A stretch of DNA of 33,696 bases from Octopus bimaculoides (lineage: Eukaryota). Shown one piece after another: positions 24,089 through 33,696 of this stretch. Positions within the stretch are counted from its first letter, which is position 1, and every line of letters begins with the position of its first letter. The notes beneath the pieces are model-generated. The model did not search any database. It saw only the letters and a list, made by a program, of their open reading frames with translations, and was not told the origin of the DNA. A program made the translations under genes and the position numbers. The stretch is taken from positions 39,746,734 through 39,780,429 of the forward strand of contig NC_068988.1 in NCBI RefSeq assembly GCF_001194135.2. The letters are read 5' to 3'.

Positions 24089-24335
24089 GTTTCAATTCCA
24101 CTGTAATGCACCTTGGCCAATTATCTACCATATCCTCTGGCATGTCAATACGCCACGAGTGAATTAGATAGACGGGAACCGTGTGGAATCCCGTCGTGTG
24201 TCAGTGACAACAGTACTGTTGTACAGCACTATGGTTCAACTAATATGTTCGACCAAATAAATACCAATTGAGACACTGGAACGCAAAGTGAGCAGCGTAG
24301 CCTCAGTCCAACGACAGGAACAGGTAAAAAAAAAA
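24089..24335 (+). mobile_element. Older, diverged family 1-like SINE, inverted relative to the neighbouring copy
   Basis: TTCAATTCCACTG...GCACCTTGGCCAA...GAGTGAATTAGATAGACGGGAAC...CCCGTCGT and a tail ...GGAACAGGTAAAAA. Confidence 0.7.
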
Positions 24336-24799
24336 CAGAAAGATCAACTTCATTTTTCATAACAACCCACGTATTCCAGAAACTAAGGAATTCTCAGATC
24401 TCTTTAGTTTAAATTTATGTACATTTTTATTCAAGCGAAAACACCGGTCAACAATGTAAATATTATTTGGAAACAATTTGTGACAAAGTAAAATACACCG
24501 CTATCCTAAACTACCAAATTGATGAGTAGAAACATGTTGTCACACTAAAATTAAGTTTCCCCCAAAACAAGATTTAATCGAAAAATGGAATTGAGTTGCT
24601 GACCAATTAGAGAAATTCGATAAAAAAGATTTTCTCGGAAATTGGATGCATCAATATCAAGAGTTAGCTCTCCCTGATCGCCCACATATTCACGATGATT
24701 TGTAGCAATATTAATAGTCCCAATATAATCTGAAAGTATGAATACTGCTCATTATTATTCAGCTAGCAGTCAAGTGCTATTACACACGGTATCTGTTCA

Positions 24800-25400
24800 T
24801 TGCTGAAGCTTACAACATAAAGATGAATTTTCACAAATACGTCTTCAGTCATGTCTCTCCACGAGGGACACAGCTGAAAAGTTAATACCAGAGCAGTTAC
24901 ATTATAAGACACAATGTACATTGCTGATATATTTTGATGAGAGAACACACTAACGATAGATAAAATATTAAGTAGGTCGTATTCAGTGTAAATGTATACG
25001 AGGACTCAGTGAATTTGAAAGACACCTTGCCTTCACTGAATCCTTCAGAAGTTACGAAACAATACAGGTGTTTGTGAACTATTAGCTCTGAGAAAGGTAT
25101 AAGAATAAAAAGGTTTACGTTATTTGAACTAATTTCAGATACTTTTAATGACTCTATCATGGAGCTTGTACCTACAGAGAGTGACCTGAAGAGAGATTAG
25201 ATATTTTAATTTGTTTTTTAGTACAAAATGTATATCAGAAGCAAGTAAAATAAATCAATTCGATAATCTTGACAGACTGGTTTATCCATGTTCACAGCTT
25301 GTAATAATTTGAAAGTGAGATGGATAAAGTTGGATCAAGAAATACAGTTTAAAAAATGTGTTACATGTATTAGTGTGTGAATTACGACACTGTAAAATAG
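24800..25400 (+). mobile_element. Possible hAT transposase relic (C-terminal half)
   Basis: In order: SLQHKD...EKL...QL (LQGK...KL...QL), LSEFERH (EFxRRF), IMELV...SDLK (QMELIELQSD), LSMF (LSMFGSTY); many stops and frameshifts. Confidence 0.45.
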
Positions 25401-26079
25401 ATAATGCATTTACTCCGTTCTTTCTATATCTGCAATATTGTCTTGACAGCAGTCTTGATTGAAATGTGGTGTGTAAAATCATTATAAAATGTTTTAGGAA
25501 CACAGTTTCTAAGATTATGATGGTCGACTATTTCCTCTCTGCCGTGTTATTACTAGTGATGTAGGTCAACCATGCAGAATCTCGTGAATGAAAGTGTTGT
25601 TTAAACGAAGGATAGGAGACAAAATTAAGAAAATTATATAAGGTGAAACATCTTAGTTTTCTGGCTCTATATCTTTGGTAGACATATCCTGGCAAGTGTA
25701 ATTTAGATAGGAATGGCTAATTTTCGATGAGGTATTAAAATAGTTATTGTAGTAAATCGGGTTTGTATACAATGTATGATGCTAAGAACTACGCCTAAAT
25801 AAAAAAAATACATGGTACTAACAATTATGGTTGGACACTTAGCCAGAATGTAAGAAAGAAAAACTGCAAATCAATTACTTTGTGAATATTGACATACAAG
25901 CAAAACAACAGATGGTTGATAATCAACGTTGAATTGCTCGTACGTGGATTAATCGGGAAATCAGTAAAAACTATTAAATGAAACTAACTTCAAGTGATTT
26001 TTATACTGACGACCCCTTAATATTTGGAAGATACTATAGGACAGCAAATCGTGTTTAGAAAAGAATTTATTATACAGTG

Positions 26080-26450
26080 AAGACGCAAAAATGGCTAAGT
26101 AATTTAGAATGAGATACATAACTGCTACATCACCTACTAGATGATAGAAGGAAGTGTTGGACAGGTTCAATGTTATCTTGAATTTCAGATTAGACGAAGT
26201 TTTTTTTATTAAGACTTCTCTTATGTGAAAGTACACTTGGTGCAGAAGGAGAGATTAGAATAAGATCTAACTTATGTTTTCAAACAGGCACAACAAAAGA
26301 TCAGTAATCTGGATAAGACATTTTGGAACTGAGAACTTGGAGAAATACAAAATTCACGGACTAAATGGTATCAGTGTATGGATTCATACGCCCAGCAAGA
26401 AAATACTCAGCCAGGAGTGGACAACAAAGTAAAAACTGTTATAAGCTCGT
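26080..26450 (+). mobile_element. Possible decayed RTE-like LINE RT fragment
   Basis: KEVLDRF...GAEGEIRIR...LRTWRNTK...YGFIRPA..Y resembles ExVxxFxYLGS...EIxxRI...IW...LYG. Confidence 0.4.
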
Positions 26451-26644
26451 AGAAAAAACAAACATTACTTAGAAAGACACCGTCATCGTTGTTCGTTATC
26501 AATCACCAAATCATAGACCCATTACTTCGATGCAGAAATTACACCTCTCACACACAACGCCAATCCACCACGCTTGTGTGTGTATGTCCATGTGTGTGCA
26601 TGTAATTATGTATGTATGTGGGTGAGTGTAAGTGCATATGTGTA

Positions 26645-26838
26645 TGTGTATGTGTGTGTGTACCACCACCGCTACATAACCGGTGTAGGTGTGTTTAAGT
26701 TCCCGTAACATAGCGGTTCAGCAAAAGAACCTATAGAATAATTACTAGGCTTAAGAAAACGTGCTGGGGACGATCCTTTCGACTGAGGGGGTACCCCAAC
26801 ATGGCCGAAGTCTAATGATTGAAACAAGTAAGAAAGAA
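26645..26838 (+). mobile_element. 3' half of a family 1 SINE flanked by microsatellites
   Basis: GTGTTTAAGTTCCCGTAACATAGCGGTTCAGCAAAAGA...TACTAGGCTT...CATGGCCGAAGTCTAATGATTGAAACAAGTAAG is the reverse complement of the tail at 23550-23748. Confidence 0.85.
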
Positions 26839-26878
26839 TCCACACAGTCAGACACACACACATTTTTATGCACATACG

Positions 26879-26925
<47 letters not shown>

Positions 26926-27499
26926 TATGCACGATGAAGAAGCCACACGTGAGTATATTTTTTCTGTAATATATATTTTAAGAATTATGAAAATGATAAT
27001 TAGAAGAAAGACTGTGGTAGATATTTTTACCATCTAAAGGGGAAAAAATTAACAATCGGTGTGACTAGAAACCAATCAAATTGGGAAGTGAAAATGTTAA
27101 TGTTTTAACAAGCAGAATTTATGTACCAGGCTGAAATTCGTTATATTTCTGACAATTTATTTGACGTTTTTGTTTCGCTTGGTCAGAGTTTCTTAAAATG
27201 AAAGAAATGTAATGGGAAACATCAAGACATTTATGTAACTAAACATAGATTTTAATAGTAAATGTTACTCGCAAACTGAGTTTGTGAACTTGTTTCAGCT
27301 TTCAACTATACTAAAAAACATGAAAATAAACGAAAGATTAAATTATAATTATTTGCCTTCTCACTTATCACCACGACCTAACGAAGGAGCTCCTATTTGG
27401 TTACTTGACATGCTAGATATAGAAGTTACGTAGTCCTAAATATATTTTTAATAAACGAAAGGATTATTAAATGAATTTTTTCCTATATTATACGCGAAA

Positions 27500-27850
27500 A
27501 AACCTTGACATGCTCCGAGCTAGAACTAAACAACAGTAACACATGGCAAGTTGTCCAGAAACTGATTATCACTTATGTTTTTCTTTTTGACATATATGCA
27601 CCCATAATCACAATATTAATTTCTTGGCGTTAAATACTTGTTGTGATTTCTGCTAGAAGGTAGTTTTGATTTAATGAAAATGATTTCTAAAATTCATATG
27701 AGTGTATCTACCATCGTGAAGAATTATTACTGAAGTTTCTTGTAGCTTTGCACAAGTCTTTCTGGCTCAATGCCATTTACATGGTAAGCTTCTTCAGCGA
27801 ATTTTAGGTTGACGTCTGTTAAATCAGTTTCATAAACAGAAAAATCTTAC
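27500..27850 (-). mobile_element. Possible hAT transposase relic
   Basis: DFSVYETDL...KKLQ*, then YEF*KS (EFWKS) and VIMGAYM (FGSTY-like) in the expected order. Weak. Confidence 0.33.
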
Positions 27851-28737
27851 TAAAATATGGAAAAAGCTTATCAAAATCTAACAAATTGGTCAGATGAAAA
27901 TGTTAAGGAACGATAAAAAATTGAGTTATTATATTGATTCCTGTAAATCTAAATCTATTGTGAGAGATTTGGTAACTGTAAAAAAGCTTCAGTGATATAT
28001 AAATGTAGTTTATAATTAATTATATAAGGAGAGAATAAAGGAATAAAATATATGAAAATTATTTCAAAAATGATGCTATAAGATTGAATAGGACGCAGAG
28101 ACTAGAATTCGGCTGCATGCATTTGCTGCTGAGGTTCAGCTCAGTTATATTTGACGTAGCTAATGAAAAATGTTGCAGTTGTTTTGCGTGTTTGTAAATA
28201 ATTTGTCCAATGAGAAAAGTTTGTAAAATAATGTGATAGATTTTTGCTTTGGTAATATATTTCAAATAATTCGGCCAGGAATATGAAATAAGGAACTCTC
28301 CTCTTTGTCAATTTCTTTATATCCAATCAAATTTTGGAATCCCTCAAATTATACAATGTAAGATGAATAATTACATTCAGCTGTTTGTATCTCCTCGACA
28401 AGTGGCTTTGGAGGTAGTTTGGTTGCAGTTATTCTCCACGAATGGTGAATTCTTATTAGGGGTACGACAAAGACCATGAGGTCTCTAGATCTTAAAAAGT
28501 TGTAGACGTGGTAGAATCTGGAATTACTGCTCATCTGATGGTATCCATGTTATTGTGGTCAATCTCATCCGTTGATCTAGTTCATAATGTGACTACATCT
28601 GTTTTGCCAGTCATACCACACGGCTAGTATAAATATATGGCACATAGTAACCATGGACATAATTGTCCTTGGTTTTAAGAAGACAATCCTGACAATGAGA
28701 TCCTGGGTGTGAATCTACATTACCCTAGTGAGATCCC

Positions 28738-30850
28738 TTTAATATTTTTCCATTTAGTGTTTGGAGCGAAAGTGATATATTAGATACGCAGTTAACTGTA
28801 TCGTGGAAATGAAGGTTCTTTAAAATATAGAAAATAAATATCACAATATATTTTTAACTTACAGTCATTTATTACTTTAGCGTACAATCCTTTCATATAT
28901 GTAACCCATTGATTGTTTTATGCCTGTGTGAGGTATCGCGTAGCTATATAGGTAGCCTACAATATTTTAGAATTATCGTTATAGGATGCTATAGTCTTTA
29001 CATCAGTGCAATAGAACTAAAATAAGATCAATCAGTCCCGATGTCGATGTGTTCTAAAACAAATCAATACTATTAAAATTCTAGTGTAGATTCTATTCGT
29101 TATATAATCAACTCGGCAAAATTTATGTTCCGCTTTGAAGTAAATGTAAAGTAGAATTCTGTAATTTATTGCAAATATTCAATTAATTGTGCTGCAAAAC
29201 CTAAGCACTAATCATATTTGTCTACTCGGCTCCATTTAACCAGAGAGTTTATATAAGATGAAAATGTATTTCTAGTATTGGATTAATAATTCCATCACAT
29301 AATTACTGCGTTGTGCCTATCAGTCTAACACAAAGCCGATGAAAACAAATTATTTATGATCTGGCTAGGAATAACAGGGATACCGCTGGAGCAACGAAAA
29401 TGAGGTGCAGACAAAACATGTAATGTGCAAAACATATAGTGAATACATGCATTATTACGTATCCCTTTGTGTGTATATACATATTTCTATATGTATTTAT
29501 GTACTTATATACATTTCGTTCATTTGTAGTTTGCACTGGAGCTAAACATGTATTTGTTTAAATTTCCAGTGTTTGAATTCGCACTTAATAGCAAGACATG
29601 AAAATCCATATTCAATTAGAATTACACGTTTGTAAGCATAAGGTATATTCGAAAAAAAAAAAAAGAGAAAAAAGTCAGAAAATCAAAAGAAACGGACAAT
29701 CGAAATGATGGACTACGGAAATAGGATTATATTTAAATCATCAGAAGGAGTTCTGTAATACAAACAAAAGATACTATTTATTTTTCACATATGCATTTCC
29801 TTGTCTGTCAAGTCCAAGTTTAAAGGGGTTGCGTTTCATTTTTCGATTGAGAATTTCTAGCAGATCAAATGTATGTCCGTTTTCAATTTCAACAAAGTTG
29901 AATATTTAACGTGTTTTACAAAAACTGCATAATCTATGAAGGTTGAATGAAAGGACTTCTGGAATTCGTATCAGAAACTGTAATAAAAATTCAATATCAT
30001 TATAATAAAGGTCTAAAATTAAATAAAGATTACAATCATCGGAGTTATACGTTTCAACAGTTCCACCGTATTATTCACTTATTAAACAATAGTACAAGAA
30101 TGATCAACATTCACCAGATCGTGTAATGCTATTCCTATTCATTTGGACATTATTCCATTGTCCCAAGATTCACAGTTCTAGCTTTCCGGTTTCCATTGTG
30201 TAAAAGTGACCAAGATCACAACAACTCCTTTTGAACGGTCATTCATTCAAATCTTAGTTGACTGGAAGCATAGTGAAAGGAATTGTTTTGCTCAAGAACG
30301 CAATGCACTGCCAAATCCGGTGAGCGAAACCACGATCTAATGAACACGAGGGCTGCAACCCTAACGTCTAGGCCACACTCCTTCACTCCTGAACATTTAG
30401 TCGCATATTTACCATATATTTACTTTTTCTACCTCTTTTGGCCATCTCCGCAAATTTGTATAAATTGTTCTCTTTATATAATAAAACCGATTTCTGAAAA
30501 AACCGGATACCTAACCCTCTTCTGTAACTTTGCAACATTTTTAACATTTGTACATCTCATTACCTTTATCAATGGTGTCTACTTTTCACAAAACATTTAA
30601 CTGCATAAAAACTTAGCTACCCATTTCAGAGCATCATAAATAGTTTAAAGAATAAAAATCAATATTTAACTCTAAACATTTTTACTTCTGTTTTAATTTC
30701 TACTTTTAAAAATATCTGCTTCATCGATTATTTTAAACTCGAGTACTTCTTCAGATTGTAGTTCTTAATTCCTGAAGGTAAAATGCCGTGCATCAGATGT
30801 CCTTCGTACATTATCCGCATTGTGTATGTATATACAGATACACACACAAG
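28738..30850 (-). repeat. Arm B of the ~2-kb inverted duplication (partner 16650-18635)
   Basis: Same anchors as arm A; weak similarity may extend to ~31030/16500. Confidence 0.95.
30128..30385 (-). mobile_element. Family 3 SINE with intact tRNA-like head, inside arm B
   Basis: Minus strand GGAGTGTGGCCTAGACGTTAGGG (A-box-like)...GGTTTCGCTCACCGG (B-box-like)...TTCTTGAGCAAAAC...ATGGAAACCGG. Confidence 0.78.
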
Positions 30851-30873
30851 CACACACGCACACATACACACAC

Positions 30874-30911
<38 letters not shown>

Positions 30912-31237
30912 GCAAATAGATAGATAGACATAGGTTGACGTACACAGGGGAACGGAGTTGAAAACTTCATTGCTTTGCGTAAAAGAAAATAAAGGAGGAG
31001 CAGCTGATTAAGATTTTATTCAATATACTCCCGNNNNNNNNNNNNNNNNNNNNNNNNNNNNNNNNNNNNNNNNNNNNNNNNNNNNNNNNNNNNNNNNNNN
31101 NNNNNNNNNNNNNNNNNNNNNNNNNNNNNNNNNNNNNNNNNNNNNNNNNNNNNNNNNNNNNNNNNNNNNNNNNNNNNNNNNNNNNNNNNNNNNNNNNGTG
31201 TGCTTGTGTGTGTGTGTGTGTGTGTGTGTGCTTGCGT

Positions 31238-31291
<54 letters not shown>

Positions 31292-31639
31292 ACGATAGAA
31301 ATATGTTTCAAAAAGGAAATAGAAACTACACGTGGAAAATGTATGGGGAAAGTAAGAAGAAAAAAGCAAAAATGCACATTCTACTGAAATTCAAACCTTC
31401 AGAGATGGAATATTAAAGATGTCAATGGAATTGTTTTACAAAACTGGATTTGAGAGTGCGTGGTGTCTATTTATTTCTGACATAACTATATGCGTTTGAC
31501 AAAACAATTGTGAAAGAAAAAAATGCATATTTATACATTTGACAAAGGACTACATAACGAGAAGCTTTTTCTCACCCCTGCAGAATGGTAACGAAGGCAT
31601 CAGTTGGTGAGTATAATGGGATATAAATTACAACAGTGC

Positions 31640-32040
31640 TGAAGTGGGTCTTCTGACAGTATGTACCTAAGAACAACTCTTCTGAGATGTTCTGTGGATA
31701 TGCGATCTTTCATCGATGAAATGATAGTTTTTGGCAAATGTAATTGGAATACAGATCGAGCATTTGAAATTAAAACTGATCCCAATAACGGACAAAACTT
31801 CACGATATCTCTCCTGCTGTAACAAAATCTTTCGTAAATGTCAGCATAAACTCGATAAAAGTACAGTTCCTGCTCAAAATATATATCCCAACGAGGCAAA
31901 ATATATCTGGTGTGCCCTTATTAGATTTGAGTCCATCGTGAACCTCTACACAAACAATGGAACATTTGTCAATCTGGAAAAGTTCTAAGTGTGCACATAT
32001 CTTACCACTTATAGGCACTTTTCCCTTGAATGGCGACATC
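31640..32040 (+). mobile_element. Possible decayed L2/CR1 endonuclease fragment
   Basis: Across a frameshift: MYLRT (YRPP?), MIVFGKCNWN (IILGDFNxN), IPTRQNISGVPLLDL (PTR...LLDL). Confidence 0.38.
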
Positions 32041-32549
32041 GCTATTTCAGCTCTGCAGCCTTTACAGCTGGCAGGTCGTTTTATACGTTGAAAATGAGAG
32101 TATTCACAAGGTCATTTATTATATTCTAATTATGCTTTGATCAGTTGTCTCTGGGACGGATTTATTTTATGGCAATTTTGACATATTTTCGGATTACTAA
32201 CCATTTTCTCAATAACATGGTCCAACAGGATATTTGTCTGTAATACTTTTCATCTATTTTGCGTGGGTTGTGTAGATATAACATTCTCTTTTCATCTCAT
32301 CATTTAAGATTTCTTTCAGTATAATTGACCAAGGTGAGCCCATCTTTTTAATATAGGTGGCGTAGCTATATAGTTTATTGGTGAGCAGTAAATTTTGTGT
32401 TCATAAACTGTATATTATTTTGGAATAATTTTATAAAAGAGTAATTGTGTAACTGAAAATGTTCACTCACCACACTTTTTTAAGTCTTCGCACTTTCCCC
32501 CTCTAGCACTAATTTATATTGCTTCAGCATCTCTTCTTTCGGTGTTCCT

Positions 32550-32591
32550 TTTCAGATAATTATATTCAAATTTCAGATAATTATATTCAAA
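32550..32591. repeat. Exact 21-bp tandem duplication
   Basis: TTTCAGATAATTATATTCAAA twice. Confidence 0.95.
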
Positions 32592-33165
32592 CACATTCTA
32601 ACGTAATTCTTGATTAATGACTAGATCTTAGCATTTTCTGAATTATTCATGTAACATACATTTATTTTTGATGTTTTCCGAAGCTCAAAACTATGGCAGC
32701 TATGACAAACATTTTGTTTGGAAAATGAAATATCAGGCAGAAAATTTGCATGAGCTACACCAAATGATGAAGATATTACAGGATCACAGAAATATTCACT
32801 TTTCTCGAAAAAGCCTTATTGAGTGTAAACTTTTCTTGACAACCAGTTTAAGCTTTATTTGGAAGTAAATACTGATCTGTCCTTCATATGGCTCCACGCC
32901 AGATAACACTGCTGAATTAAAGAATGACATTCAATAGCCATATTTGTAACGAATAGAATATATTCTGAAGTTTAGTTCTTTTCGATACATGGTTAGGTAA
33001 CTATACTATTGTGTGTTTGAATATATAATAATATATATATGTCGTATAAGAAGTGTATACACCTTCAAATTAGAGTGAATGAAGTAACCGAGTGCGAAGT
33101 ATGAAGTGTCTGTAAACATACGAAATAAAATATTTTTGGCCTCTATTTCTTCCTAAATTTAACTG

Positions 33166-33166
<1 letters not shown>

Positions 33167-33221
<55 letters not shown>
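33167..33221. repeat. (AT)n microsatellite
   Basis: Seen directly. Confidence 0.97.
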
Positions 33222-33224
<3 letters not shown>

Positions 33225-33276
33225 GGTACCTAGAGTAAATATGGTTTATATCCCTGGGGAGCAGGATATAAAACAT

Positions 33277-33512
33277 AACTTGTGAGAAATTCGTCGGTAT
33301 ATGCTTCTACTATATGTGTATCTTTGTGTTTGCCCACTACATATGGCTTGACAGTCTTTCTTTGCTTCTCGTAAATTAGCGGTTCGGTAAAAAGAGAACT
33401 ATAAAATAAGTACCTTCCTTTTAAAAATAATTACTAATATCGATTCGTTTGACTAAGACCCTTCTATGTGGTGATCCTCCATGTCAAAAGCCCATTGGCT
33501 GAAACAAACCAC
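33277..33512 (+). mobile_element. Diverged, head-less family 1 SINE
   Basis: CTTGTGAG...GTGTTTGCCC...GCTTGACA...TAGCGGTTCGGTAAAAAGAGA...CGATTCGTTTGACTAAG...GGCTGAAACAA. Confidence 0.72.
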
Positions 33513-33515
33513 GAT

Positions 33516-33696
33516 AAGACTGGCTGTGTGGTAAATAGCTTGTTTACTAACCACATGGTTCCGGGTTCAGTCCTACTACATGGCACCTTGGGCAAGTGTC
33601 TTCTACTATAGCCTCAGGTCGACCAGGGACTTGTGAGTGAATTTAGTAGAGGGAAACGGAAAGACGTCCGTCGTATATATATATATATATATATAT
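33516..33696 (+). mobile_element. Family 1 SINE head and core, running off the window end in (AT)n
   Basis: TGGCTGTGTGGTAAATAGCTTG...CCACATGGTTCCGGGTTCAGTCC...GGCACCTTGGGCAAGTGTCTTCTACTATAGCCTC...CCGTCGTATATAT. Confidence 0.92.

Noticed and set aside
27746-27783. 38-nt + strand exon candidate with donor ATG|GTAAGC
   Set aside because: Lies antisense within a probable hAT relic and has no partner exons.
18636-28737. Polinton/Maverick interpretation of the 14-kb inverted-arm structure
   Set aside because: The spacer has no long ORFs or traces of pPolB, integrase, ATPase or capsid, and no AG-repeat termini are seen.
31600-32039. Minus-strand ORFs read as a hAT C-terminus or SOCS box, and donor AAGTG|GTAAGA (32006) as paralogue of AAAAG|GTAAGA (15758)
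   Set aside because: Motif matches are poor, the upstream peptides do not align, and no nucleotide homology extends there.

Overview
AT-rich, microsatellite-dense eukaryotic genomic DNA with four assembly gaps (7029-7513, 18863-18872, 23749-23896, 31034-31197). The SINE families and simple-repeat load look like an Octopus (coleoid cephalopod) genome; this is recognition from memory, not a database result. No intact protein-coding gene is evident, and most ORFs in the track are artefacts of microsatellites, N runs or AT-rich sequence. Recognisable content: a decayed RTE LINE (3.3-4.4 kb), a 5'-truncated Penelope-like retroelement with RT (YVDD), GIY-YIG and a degenerate hammerhead ribozyme (4.9-6.9 kb), a 215-bp palindrome/MITE (7652-7866), a decayed Hsmar1-like DD34D mariner (9.3-10.4 kb), a CR1-type endonuclease fragment (19.1-19.7 kb), several tRNA-derived SINE copies from three families, and weaker hAT/LINE relics. 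The main unexplained structure is a diverged ~2-kb inverted duplication (arm A ~16650-18635, arm B ~28738-30850) around a ~10-kb spacer. Both arms keep a splice acceptor, stop codons and AATAAA, which may mark the 3' ends of two convergent paralogues. A phase-compatible chain of very short + strand exon candidates (10754-10771, 11627-11664) could splice into arm A. The gene interpretation is low-confidence inference.
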